Of a stretch of 64,000 nt of DNA, positions 1-12,850 are shown in pieces (position 1 is the stretch's first letter; every line of letters starts with the position of its first letter). The notes under the pieces were generated by a model. The model was not told where the DNA came from. It saw only the letters and a program-made list of their open reading frames with translations, and did no database searches. The stretch lies in contig MU053557.1 in the NCBI GenBank assembly GCA_013239625.1, positions 1,247,063-1,311,062 on the forward strand, read 5' to 3'. Source of the DNA: Lama guanicoe (taxonomy: Eukaryota). The translations under genes and the position numbers were made by a program.

Positions 1-70
1 TAGTAGACCTCCTTGTGCATTTTTTTCCTAGGGTGTATAAATTGAAACACAAATAGATACAAGATATATC

Positions 71-600
71 TGTCATTAGTCTTTGTTTTGCAAGTGACAA
101 ATTATTACCCATTTTAAACTGGTTTGATCAACAAAGAAAATTTGTTGCCTCATGTAGGAAAAAAAAAAAATCAGAGGCTTTGGCTAAAGTTTGATCCAGA
201 AGTTCAAACCACGCCACCGAAAGCCTGGCTGTGTTATAAGTGACTCTGTTTTTTGCATATGCTTTATTATACTCAGGCCTCATAAAAATGGCCCCCGGAA
301 GTTCCAGTCTCTCTAATGGTAGCAAGATGGAACTACACATTCAAAGCACCTAAATCAGTAAATTCCTGTAAGAAGGAAGGTTTCTTATCATTGTTTCTGT
401 AAGGTAGAGAAGATACTTTTCTCTCCAGAAACAAATGTCTCTTACCTCATTGGTTCGAATAGTCGTATGTCTTTCTTCAAGCGAATCATTTAGCTGCAAG
501 AAAGTTTTACCACCATTGATTTTAAAAAATCTGGTTTAGAAGGGGGAAGAGTGGCATTACAAAAGACATTTGGTGTACTTTTAGGAAGTTGTAGTTGGAA
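71..600. mobile_element. Old MaLR LTR (MLT1K/L-like)
   Basis: Starts tgtcattagtc...ttgcaagtgacaaa...aaactggttt; internal aaatggcccc and cctcattggttcgaatagtcgtatg. Confidence 0.5.
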
Positions 601-1187
601 GCCAAGAGGCTCAAAACTTAGCAATCATTCTCTGTGCAAGGAGTTTTGTACCTAATCACTTCAAATCATTTCTGGGTGTTAGCAATTTCTCTGCAAGGTG
701 ATGGTAAGCTCTTCGAGTGAAGAATTGGTCTTGAGCTTTCTTTGTAGGTTTCAGAGTGGCCAGATATACTAGACTCCAAACTGGTTTTCATCCTACCTGC
801 TTGTGGCTATTGCTGTAATTTTATCGTAGTTGACTTGTATGATTGAACTCCGTATTACATCTCATCAGCACAGAAGGACAACTAGAGAATTGCTCTCGGG
901 TTAATTTGTGCAACGGGTGAACAGGTTCGACGTAAGGTTGACTGCTCAAAGGACGTTTTGGAACTTACTGGCTGCGAACAGATAATTCACACCACGAGGC
1001 CTGGGGTGGGACATAAACAGTGCCCTCCTTATACTTTGTCCTCATTGCACTAGGGACGTTTTGTGTGTCCACATAGACCCAGGACTGTGGAGTTGGGGGT
1101 GGGATGTAGAACACTGGGGTGGGGACTGCGTTAGGGCTTCTTCATGCTGTCCTGGTAGAGACAGCCCACACAATGTGAGTCACAGAT

Positions 1188-1298
1188 AGTGTTGTCAGAC
1201 ATAGCAAATACAAATACAGCACACCCAGTTAAATCTGAATTTCAGATGAAAAACAAATTTTTCTTTTTTAATGTAAGTACCATCTATGCAATATTTGT
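1188..1298 (+). mobile_element. MER53-like hAT MITE, one arm only
   Basis: tgttgtcagacatagcaaatacaaatacagcacacccagttaaatctgaatttcagat matches the recalled MER53 arm. Confidence 0.65.
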
Positions 1299-2182
1299 AG
1301 TAGTGATACTGGAACTATTATATCAAGCAATTTAGTCAAGGCTTTCATTGAGTTTATATATATATATATCAGTTGTGTTATGCTTGACAGCTTTCATAAT
1401 GTTTCAGTCTTCATGGGAATCTAATGAGTGGGATCTGGCTTCCATTGCATCCTAGCGATGTTGTCTTATGTAAATTCCCTAAATTCTTTGTGCTATAGCT
1501 TTATTATCTATAAAATAGAAAAATAATAGCTCCTGCCTCCTGGGGTGATGGAGAATTAAGTGCCATATAATATACAAATGTTATATTTAGGGCAGAGAGT
1601 AAACTCTCAATAAATAACAGGTATAGGGTATGAAGACGCTATGCAGCTACTCACACAGGCCATTGAAATTTTCTGTAATAATTCACTTCTCTTGCTCAGT
1701 GCGATATGGGGACCCAAAAAATCGATGCTTAATGAGGGAACCTTTGATGAGTACTGAATTATTCATGCCACAAATAGTTACTTAGGGCTCACTTAGTACA
1801 CAGCAAGCAAGACTAGCTGTTGGTGATAGGGGTCAGCTGTGTACCCTGTCTCTGCTCTCAAATAGCTTTGGTTCATGTGGAACACAAAACAGTGGAGGGG
1901 ATCTGTGAAAAGACAGCCTGTGCTTGTGGAATTGAAATATGTCGGTCGGAGATGAGTTCATATGAACCTTCACAGAGTTTCTCCAGATAAAATGAAAACT
2001 TCCGAGGGATCGTTGATCTCTGATGTCTTTCCCAGGACATGATATATATTAGGTACTCAATAAATGTTTGCTAAAACAGAGGAAATATTAGATGAGAATT
2101 GTTCTCTGTCCCTTGTTGGGAAGAATTTTGTAGCTTCCAGAGTAAGTGGAGATCTGTAGAATTGGGACTTAATGCCTGTCTA

Positions 2183-2317
2183 TAGGGTGACCATATAATT
2201 TTTCATCCAAACTGGGATGCTTTTAGATGCGTGAAAGAGGATGCCAATAGTAATTGGACAGGCTCAACAGGCATAGCCTGGAGTTTTCACAGGCAAACAG
2301 GACATATGTCCACCCTA
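2183..2317 (+). mobile_element. MER81-like hAT-Blackjack MITE
   Basis: TIRs tagggtgacca... and ...tgtccacccta; ~135 bp; internal match to the recalled consensus. Confidence 0.78.
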
Positions 2318-2769
2318 GCTGCAAACATCGCCTGGCAGACAGGGTTTGAAAAGTGTGAAGCATTCCAGGTACAAATGTGTATTTTTTTCCCTTGAACATA
2401 CACAATTCTGATTTGAGCAAAAACGGGATACAGGCATAGTGTTTACCATGGTCTGAGCCGTGTCTACCACGTCTGGAGCTAGGATTTAATTTCAGTTTTT
2501 TCTGGTTGACTGTCACTAAATCATCTTCAGATAATACACTGGAACTGTACCATGTAAGCTTAGACCATCAGTTCTGGAAACAGCCTAGAGGTAACAGGAT
2601 CTCATCCCTTCACTGTTCCCAGTGATGCCGTCGGCCAGAGGGAGGCAGCTGGGAAAGAATGAAAACAATGCTAGACTTATCAAAAGATGACATCCACTGT
2701 TTGTCAATTATACCTCAATAAAGCTGAAACAAATTTTAAAAAGGCTTCATTCAAATCCTCACTCTCTAA

Positions 2770-2980
2770 TCCAGATGCCAAACTGGCCCAAGAGGTGAAT
2801 CCAACCCAACAGATATTTTGCAAGCAAGACCGTGTTGGAACACGCCTGGTCATTTATGTATTACATGTGGCTGCTTTCTAGCTACAATGGCAGGGTTGAG
2901 GAGTTGAGACAGAATGTATATCCTTTAAAATCTAAAATACTTATTATCTGACCCTTTACAATAAAGATTCGTAACCCCCT
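2770..2980 (+). mobile_element. MER58A-like hAT-Charlie element
   Basis: tggctgctttctagctacaatggcagggttgaggagttgagacaga...aaatacttattatctgaccctttaca. Confidence 0.78.
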
Positions 2981-4784
2981 TCCCTAATCTGCTAACCTCC
3001 TTTTCCTCTAACTCCTGTGCCTTCTCCTCGCTACCAGTCATTGAAAACTCCAAACCCAGCAGTAGCCTAAATGCCCCATGTGCACGATTTTGCTAAATGG
3101 TCACAAACCTCTAAAAAGGGAGAGACAGTGTGTGTGGTGGTTAGAATGCAGACTCTAGAACCTGACTGTTTGTTTTGCATCCTGACTCCATCCACTGCCA
3201 GCTCCAAGAACCTTAGCTAGTTATTTTAACTTTCACAGCCCTAAGAAGTAAGCCGTCTAACTAGCCCAGACTTCACAGCTGGTAAAACTGAGGCTTAAGA
3301 ACTGATGTTTCAGAGTCACCTTGGAACTCAAGGCATTCTGGCTCAAGAGCATAAGCTCTTTAACGATACTATACTGTCAATATGAAGCTAGATATTAAAT
3401 GCCCTTTGAAAAAAAAAATCAAACAGTACCAGTATGAGGGGCCCACTGTGGTCACTCCTACATAATTATCATCTTTCTATACTTCACAGTCAAGGAAGTC
3501 TTACATCTTGGGATTGATTCCAAACTAAATTAACTTGTAATCTTAGGTCACTGTTCACTGCTGCTCAGTATAAAGCATTGGTGACAATAATGGTCCTTAG
3601 AGTGACTTGCCTCCAGGTTATACTCTTCTTCCTGTGAACCTAGGTTGGTTGTAGAATTTTCAAGATGGTTTGCCATCTGCATCTCTTACAGCTTTGCTGT
3701 GACCCCCTTACTAGCCTGACTTGGATTGGTGTCACTGTGTATAAAACATAATCTTACTTACATTACATTAAATAGCATCTTTACCCAAGCTTCTGCACAG
3801 CATTTGGATAACACTAATTTGGACAATTATTTATAATAAGAGCGAACGTGGAGAAGCCACTGAATGTGTTTACCTGTCATTCGCAGTTCCTTAGACCACA
3901 ATCTGTGAGTAACATGTGTCTGGGTTTTAATGATAGCCTCTTTTTACTAAATAAATTGTAGTATTTTGGGCAGCGAATTGTAGTTTACAGTTAAAGTAAA
4001 TCATGTGACACTTTGATCAATCACTTTCCTCCTGGGTGACGAAGGGTAGCTTATTTTAATTGCAATATGCCAGCACACCTGAGGAGGAGGCTACATATTG
4101 CTTGCCGTCTGCTAGCAATCATCACTGAAATTAAAAAATGGAAAAGGACCATACCGTGCCTAATCACTTCATCTATCTGCTGGCCAAAATAACGTGTTTC
4201 TGGAGGCCAGTCTTCCGTTTATTCCAGAACAAAGGAAACCACCAATTCAGTGGGAAAAACAAACTTGCTGAGCACATGAAAACAATCAACAAATTGAAAT
4301 AATTTTTTTCTCTTCAACTAATCATTTTGGGTCAAGTGGTTATAACTCAAGGTTGAATCACCATTATGCCAAACACTTCATTAAACAGGGAATGCAGAGT
4401 GTATCCAAAAAACAATTTTTCAGCTGGACTTCAGACTTGCTTGTTTTAGTATTCAGAAGAAGATATAAGAGTATTCATTCCTATGCAGATTTATGCATCT
4501 CTTTCCTTGTATAGTTACCTCCTTCTCGGAGCCTCAGCCTCTGAAATTTTACCTCTTTGTCCTTAATTCAGCAAGATAGCCCTGCTCTGCTTAGGATTTC
4601 CCTCAGTACGCAAGGGTCAGGAAAGTGCTTCCAAGAAGAAATCCAGCTTGCTCAAAGGGTGCCCTTTATGTGTTTACCTCCTTTTAGGGAATTCCGGACA
4701 CCTAATGTTTCAGGACAGTCATTTCATGCATTTGTACATTTTTCTAGTTGTTTGTAATGGGAAGATAAAAAACATAAGATCAAT

Positions 4785-5165
4785 ATGAATCATAAGCATG
4801 GACACAGAAATAACCTTAAAAATATCAGCAAATCAGGTTCATCAGCATGTGCAAAGGATATTATTATACCATGGCCAAGAAATATGATCCCCCAAAAGCT
4901 GGGTTGGTTTAACATACAAATGTCAACCAGTGTAATTGACCATATTAAGAGAATAGTGGAGAAAAAAAATTGAAAAAATTTAATATCCTTTTATTTAAAA
5001 ACTCAGCTAATTAGGAATAGAAAAAACTTCCACAAGTTGAAAAGGATAATGCAAAAAAATTAATACTATACTTAATGGTGAAAACTGGCAAGGTGCCAGT
5101 AGTCATGATTTCTACCTAAACTTTATTGGATGCCTGAGACAAAACAGTAAGGCAAAGGGAAGTTG
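4785..5165 (+). mobile_element. Very old LINE-1 ORF2 (RT) fragment
   Basis: Peptide MIPQKLGWFNIQMSTSVIDHIKR resembles L1 [24 protein letters not shown]; also atacttaatggtgaaaactg. Confidence 0.65.
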
Positions 5166-6440
5166 TTATAAATAAAAAGAGGGAGGGGAAGAGAGGGAAA
5201 GGGGGAGAGAATAGATGTACGACTATGGATAGTCAGAGATGGTGGTCTTGGCTGAGTGTAAAGCTGATGATGTAGGATTGACTGAGAGACAGTTAGTGAT
5301 GTTAGAGGAGGAAATACAGAAGGGAACACAGTGGTGGCCAAGGAGAAGACTTTAAATCTTACAGTTGCAGAATTTGCCCAAACTAGAAAACTGGAAGTAA
5401 ACCTTACCTTTTCTTCTTGTTCCAGTCATATAACTAGTTACAGTAGCAGTGTCCTGGCAATATTAATCTAAATGTCCCTAGTTGAAATTTCTATCGTATT
5501 TGCCTTGAAAATTGCCAGCAGCCTTCTGTATTCTTTCATCCTCAGGTTCACTGGGGGAATAAATCCTAATTTATTGGATTGTAATCTAATCCATGATTCA
5601 TTATAATTCATTATAATTCATCCTGATCCCTCTTTCTAAAAAGCAAATATAATGATATTATTATATTTTTAACCTTTTAGTAGTTTCTGTTTCTCTTTAC
5701 ATAAGAACCAAACACCCTCCGTTACGTTTTGAGCTCTTCAGAACTGGCTCTCGTCCTCACACTCAGCCCGTATCTCTTACCATCCATCCTCCTGCAAGCA
5801 TGTTACCCTCTGTTCACTCTGACTTCAAGTTCCTTGATACTGCCATGTGTTCTACAGAACATGCCCCCTCAAACCCCACGATTCAGTTTACTTCTCAAAT
5901 TTATCCTAGTCATTGAAGTATCAGCTTGATGTCACTTCCTCTGGGACCATATCCCTAATATCTCAAGTATGGGGCAGGCTTTCCTACTGTGTGTTCCTGT
6001 AACACTCTGTAGACCCCTTTCTGAAGGTCCTTTTCACACTGTGGTCGATTGTTTCATTGCCGTTTTCTCTGCTCATTTCTGTGAAGACAGGTCAGTTGTC
6101 TTTGTTCAGCACAGTGCTTGCCACAGAGAATGTACTAATTACATAATGCTAAATATTGAGGGAATGAACAGGAGGAGAAGTCATTAAAGGACTGGGAAAA
6201 TTGAACCCGAATCAGCCAAGTAAGAGAAGTTACACTTTACACAACTTGCATTTGTGAAATTCTTTAAAATTATATATTTTCCATGTTTTTTTTTTTTTTG
6301 ATTTGCAGAGCATTTTCATCCTCTGAAGTGCTTGGTGTTTACTCTCCTCATTTTACACAGTCTGGAAATAGTTCTGTAGCATAAATAATGGCCAGGTGTA
6401 GCAAACCTCAGCTTAGAAACATCTTTTGATTCTAAATTTC

Positions 6441-6836
6441 TGTGTTAGTCAGGGTAAGTCATGATACCTGCTGTAACAAACAACTCGAAAGTGTAGTGGA
6501 TTTACACAATAAAGTTTTATTTCTCATTAATGTTACAGAGTCCAGCGTTGGGGTGGGAGGTGGGGGAAGGCTCTACTGCATACAGTCTTCATGGACCTAG
6601 GCTGTTTCCATGTTGGGACTCTCCCATCTTCAGTAAATGGCTTCAAGAATTTGATGTTATGTAAGTATTATCCATTAGGGTTAGGGACAAGAGAAAGAAG
6701 AGACTAAAGGGAAGGGAAATTGATCATAGCTTCTTAGAGCAAATAGTGAAGTATCTCTTGCATTTACATTCCGTTGATGAGAACTAGTCATATAATATCC
6801 ATAAGCAGGGAAGTTTAGGAAACAAGGCTTAGCTCT
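6441..6836. mobile_element. MaLR LTR (MLT1J-like)
   Basis: tgtgttagtcagggtaag...gctgtaacaaacaactc...cacaataaagttttatttctca. Confidence 0.62.
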
Positions 6837-6859
6837 GTGTGTGTGTGTGTACTAATTTT

Positions 6860-7350
6860 ATATAAGCACTTATTAAAACTGGGAACTGTTCTAAAATGTG
6901 GAGAAATAATAGTGAATAAAACATAATCTCAGACTTTATGAAGCTTATATCCTATGATGGCCTACAGATTAAAAAAATAAAATTTTCTGTAGAGAAAAGA
7001 AAAGCTATATACAAGAAGGAAGGTACTGTTACTATAGGATGGCCAAGAAAAGCATCTCTGATCAGATGATTTTGCAGAGAGAGCTGAAGGAAGTAAAGCA
7101 GAAAGACATGTAAATGTAGGGAGGCCAGCTCCTGGGAGAGAACAGCAGCTGCAAAGGCCCCATGTGCGGGATGTGTTTGACGTTCAGTAGGGTGGCTTCT
7201 GTGGCTGGAGCAGAGTGAAAAAGGAAGAGGGTGATAGAAGATGAGGTCAACAAAGCCATGGATTAGCCTTTCAGGTAGGGGCTTGTAGACCATTATGAGA
7301 ACTGATCTGGGAAGATGTTGGAGGAGTGAAATGATATGACATATTTTCCT
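6860..7350 (-). mobile_element. L2 LINE fragment
   Basis: cagctgcaaaggcccc...tgtggctggagcagagtga...ggcttgtagaccatt...gagtgaaatgatatgac. Confidence 0.6.
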
Positions 7351-7444
7351 ACTGTCACTCAAAGGAAAACAGCTAGGCAGCTAAAGAACAGCTCAGTAAT
7401 GCTTTCAGCTGTAGTGGATTATAATGGCTCACGTATTTTTACTT

Positions 7445-7915
7445 TTTAAATAATTGATATATAATTTGCATAAAGTAATATTCACTGTTTTTGAAGAAGA
7501 GTTCTAGTTTGGACAAGCACGTACATTGATACGGCCAGCACATCAACCATGATGTAAAACAGTTTCATCAGCCCCTGATTCCCTTATACTGCCCCTAGTG
7601 GTGAGCCCCTGCGGCTACCCTGGAGGCCTAGCAATCACTGTTCTGTTTTCTGCCTTTGAAGTGTTGCCATTTCCAGAATGTCCTATCAGTGGAATCATAG
7701 AGTATGTAGCCTTTTGAGTCCTACTTCATTCACTCGGCATTATGAAAGAGATTAATCCGTGTCGTTGTGTATTTTGGTATCCGTTCCTTTCCATTACCTA
7801 GTAGTATCTGTTGAATGGATGTAGCACAGTTTATTTTCCACTCACCAGAACTTGTCTTTGTGTGTAAATGAAAGTTTTTATTTGTCTTGGATCAATATCA
7901 GGAGTGGGGAATTAT
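7445..7915 (-). mobile_element. Old LINE-1 3' end (L1MC/MD-like)
   Basis: ctagcaatcactgttctgtttt...ttgccatttccagaatgtcctatcagtggaatcatagagtatgtagcctttt. Confidence 0.7.
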
Positions 7916-10204
7916 ACTTTGAAATATCTAGTACAGTTAGGCATTAAATTTGAGAGGAAAGCCATTCATTCACTGACTGAATACAAATGAAGGCTATACC
8001 ATGTACAAAGAGTTAAAGCTACCATAATAAACACACCAGACAAGGTCCCATTCTCTGATGTGGAGACATGCATATGCCAGTTCTATTCTGGCACTGTTCT
8101 AGGCACTAGAAATAAAACAGGATAAAATAGAATGACCTCTTTCTAGTATATAAGCAAATTAATAATAAAAAAAATTAAGCCCTGGTAAGTAGAAAAAAAC
8201 AATAAAACGGGTGCTGTGAAGGAGGGTTACTCTAAAAGCAGTGACCAGAGGAAATTTCTCTGAGAAAGGCATATGTCGGCTGATGCTGGAAAGATAAGGA
8301 AGAGCCATGATCTTAATATCTGGGGCAAGGGTGTTTAGGGCAGTGGACTAGCTGGGACAAAACCCTTAGTGTGGGAACTGGCCATGAATGTTCAGTGAGA
8401 TTTTGAATTGATAGTTATTGAGCAACTATATGCTTGTCAACATGCTAAGTTATTATTGTATGTTCCAAAGTATAGCATATTCTTCATTTGAATAGAATAC
8501 CTGAATTCCCAGTAAAACTGATACCCTGTAAGGTGGAGTAATAATTAGACTTTATAAGGAAGAATGTCCATGTATCTGAGTACCAAGTCTGTCATATCAT
8601 GGTGATCACCACTGCTCTCCTAAGCTAGGCGTAAATTAGGGCTGAATGAGTAAGTAGGAGTGAGCTCAGTACATGGCTGTCTGCGCATACAAGGGGTATA
8701 ATTTAATGGTGATGCCTCAGTGCCTTTCAAAATGGCATCTCACTTACTCTAAAAAAAAATGGAATAAATAGCAAACTGGAGGTCTCAGACAATATGTCAA
8801 GATACTTTATAGAGCCAAAGAAAGCTATAAAACAAAGCAAACTAGCAAGCAAAAATTCACTGACAGATAAAAGCAATAGTCTGCTTTGAGCCGCGTCTTC
8901 TCTGTTTCTATGATTCAGTGTCTTTCCTTCCCAAGTGTATATTTTTCTTGAGATATTAAAGCCTCATGGGGAGATGATGGCCTTCTCATTTCAGCAACAT
9001 TTTATACCAGTCTTCATGATCTTTCACTATGTCTAATGCATGCTTTACGTAGATCTGGAAATTGTGGGTGTGACTTTGCAATAGTGGGTTAGAAAACTCC
9101 AGATAAAATGAAAACTTCATTCTGGATCAATCACATTATCTAAGTGCCTGGAAACATAGATGACTACAGCTCAAAATATTAATCTAAACATTGCCATTAT
9201 TTCCTGCTGTCTTAACTGCAATAAGATCGGATACAAATAGTAGTTGACACACCATGATACTTTAGAGTTGGAACCAACCTAAAAACAGGGTGATCAAATA
9301 AATATGGGAGGAGGACTTAGACCAAGGAAGGTGTTCAAATCTATGGGTGTTCATAGAGTTTAAAGGTTGGCATATATACATATTGAGATGAGAAGATTTA
9401 TTAAAATTGAGAGGCGGGGTTTTAAGTATTAACAGGGATATAATAGCATGCTTAATATTATCAGTAAGTAAACATGTAAATAGGTGATGTAGAAATGGAT
9501 GAAAGAACCTCTGGTCAAATGTAGTAGATTGAATGTACATGTTCATGCTTGTTTCTCGAAAACAATAATGGAAAACAATGACAGTGAAGACAATAGAGAT
9601 GTAAGTCTACAAAGAGAAAGAATGTCGGGGGAGAAGACCCCAGATGAGAGACAGCAACAGCACACAGAGGAGGAAAATGGATGGAAGAATGGCAGCAGAC
9701 TAGCAGAGCAGATGAAGTTGAAATCTGCCTGCTTAATGCAGCCAGTTAGCACCTAGCCAGTGTCAGCCCCCAGACCTCAGAAAGGTTCAGGATTTGGAAC
9801 TCTTGAGTAATTCTAAAGGAAATGGAGAGGGGTGAGGCTGAGTGGAGAGGAGAGGATTGTTTGGAAACCTGTGTAAGGTGCAGTTGCCCTGGTACCCCTA
9901 CCCTATGCTTGAGCCCCCCCACCCCAGGCGACCACCCTGCTCACCTTCAGATGCTGAGAGCGTCACTTGCTGGGGAAATTGAGCCAAGAACATCTAGACT
10001 TGTACCAGACTGTATGATTACAACTTTGCATTACACTTAGTATTTGTACTTATTCCTTTGTTTTCATGGCTGTTGTTTATAATGCTAAACAGATGAACTT
10101 TATGTGTTGTTTTTTCCAGTATATGGTTATCTATACAAATACTCTAAGGTTTGAAATACTAGTTTATAGCTTAGTACTAGAAGCAGATTTTTCTCTAAAG
10201 TAAC

Positions 10205-10772
10205 TCTTATGGAAGTATAGTTGATTTACAGTGCTGTGTTAACTTCTGGTGTTCAGCATAGTTATTCAATTACACACATTATGTATTCTTTTTTGTATTC
10301 CTTTTCATTATAGGTTATTACAGGATATTGACTATAGTTCCTGTGCTATACAGTAGGCCCTTGCCATTTATCTATTATATATAGTAGTTAGTATCTGCAA
10401 ACTCCAAACTGGCAATTTATTGCTCCACTCCCTACTGTTTCCCACTGGTAACCACAGTTTTGCTCTCTATGTCTGTGAGTCTGTTTCTGTTTTGTAAATA
10501 AGTTCATTTGTTGAACTTTTTTAGTTTCCACATATAAGTAATATCATATGGTATTTTGCTTTCTGTTTCCAGCTTACTTTACTTAATATGACAATTTCCA
10601 GGTCAATCCATGTTGCTACAAATGGCATTATTTTATTCTTTTTTTATGGCTGAGTAGTGTTCCATTGTATATATGTACTGCATCTTCTTTATCCGGTCAT
10701 CTGTTGATGGACATGTGGGTTGTTTCCGTGTCTCGGCTATTGTAAATAGTGCTGCTGTGGACATTGGGGTGC
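10205..10772 (-). mobile_element. 5'-truncated LINE-1 3' end
   Basis: Typical artiodactyl-type L1 3' UTR (gaagtatagttgatttaca...ctgtgctatacagtagg...catgttgctacaaatggcatt...gctattgtaaatagtgctgc). Confidence 0.87.
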
Positions 10773-12609
10773 CCTCACCAGTAAGTTACTTAACATAGCT
10801 TGGACTCATTTTCTTTATCTTTAACATAAGGCCAGTGGTTCTACTCATCTCATGGTCTCATGGAGTTTTATGAGGACTAAACGAGTTCACCCATGCATGG
10901 TGTTTAGAATTTCACATGTTGTTGGCACTATTACTATCATCTACTTAAAGTTGACAAGAAAATGGTGTTATTAGAAAAGGAAACAGTTTCCAGGAACGTA
11001 TACATCAAAGGATGTAAGTGGAGGGGATATGTATTTTTATGTAAAATAAAAATTTTTCATAATCTGTGAGACCAGCACACTCACTGGCTCTGCCCCGTAG
11101 GTAAATTTCTGATCAGTAGGGTCTCGCTTCTGTCTTTCCAATTCAGTGAGTTAGGAGTGCTCTTATAGGAAAGGAGTAAAATCAAAATTATTTTATGATG
11201 TGATATTCAGCAAAGGGGACAACAGGTTCCTTTTCATCTTCCAGGAATAGGTGCTATAATTATGAAAACTTCTGATGTAGAAGTGAGCTAGTCAAGATGC
11301 TCATGTTATTTATTTAAAGTGTAAATTTTCTATCTGTTCCACAAGGCAGCATACTGTGCTGCTTCTCAGCAACATAGAAGCTGCGTATTTGAAACTCCAA
11401 AGCAAGCACTGATAAAAGAAACAAAACCACTGGATTTTATTTTGGATCCAAGTAATGGCTTAAACAATTTCTCTTCATAAAATTAATTAGGTTAATTAAA
11501 CAATTTCTCTTCCTAAAGTTATTTCCTTTTATTTTCATTTTTGACATTATAGAAACAAAAGAGTGGTGGGAAGGGGAAGATTTCAAAATAACTCTTCATT
11601 TCTATTTTATTTTTAAAATATAATCTGGACAGTCAAGAATGTTTTGTGGGGGAAGATGATGAAGTCAAGTTGAGATGTGGTGAATGGGAAGTAACCGGGT
11701 GACACCCAGTGCTGATGGTGGATTGGAAGTTGTGTAGATGGCTTGTCACCCAGAGGAGGGACCTGTACTGGTGAGATCTATGGGAGAAATGGCCTTAGAA
11801 ATGAAGCCAAGCTCATAAGTGGTAGCACCTAGAAAAAGAGTAGAGAATAAGAAGAGGTTCAGGAGCAAACCTAAATACAGCCCACATTTAAAGCCTGGCT
11901 TGAAAACTGGCTCCCCACGATGAATAAAATAGGAAGGAAGGAAGGAAGGAGGGAGGGGAAAAGGAGGAAGAGCTGGCCCAACCAAACGTGTCCCACCTAG
12001 TTCTGACACTTCCATTCTCGGTAACATTTTCACTCTGTGTTAATTCTGTGCAACAGTCATTTAAAACAATTCAAAGCAAAAAGCAGAGTACGTACAACTA
12101 TCTTTTTATATTTATAGACCTGGAAATAGATTTTTCCTTTATAATCTTGGGTAAGTGACTTAACCTTTTCAAATCTTGACTTTTTTTTCACTTTTAGAAA
12201 AGTTAGACCAGAAAACAGAAGTCTCATACAACTTACTCTGGAATCTTCTCCACTGCCTAGTAAATATCAGATGTTTTAGAAATACTGAATTATAAATGGA
12301 CAGTTTTGATGTTTGTGGCAAAATAGCATGTTAATTATGCTTTTTTATGTTTGTGATAGTACTGCTAATTCTCTGTAAAATGGAGAAGAGGTGAAGAGTT
12401 TCCTTATTAATAAAATCTTAGTTGTCAAATAATTTTCATTGTGCGTATATTCAAGAATAGTACGGAATGAGGAGGAGGCAGAGGGCGCCAGAAAGAGGAG
12501 TAAACTAGAATTTCCACGTCAGCTCTCCAATTAACCGACTGAGTAACCTCAGACTCTTAAGGCTAGACAACCCTGGAAAATTAACTCCAAGAAGGATATT
12601 AGCAGATTA

Positions 12610-12850
12610 TATATATTTAGCACTTCATTATCATCCTGTCCCTGGTTCAGACTGTTTTCCAGATATTATTTTATTTCAATCTCACAGCATCCCTGCAAGT
12701 TTAGAATTACTGTCCCCACTTCAAAGATAAGAAAACTGAGGCTTAGAGAATTGAAGTTATTTTCCTGATGTGAGAGCAAGTAAGTGGTTTAGATAGAATT
12801 GTGGTTCAGCCTATTTATATTTAAAGCATATACCATTTCTAATGAATCAC
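12610..12850 (-). mobile_element. MIR SINE (one of many MIRs, e.g. ~1400-1620, 3125-3376, 18250-18460, 32290-32550, 40770-40960)
   Basis: MIR core ccccactttcaaagataagaaaactgaggcttagagaattgaag. Confidence 0.7.
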
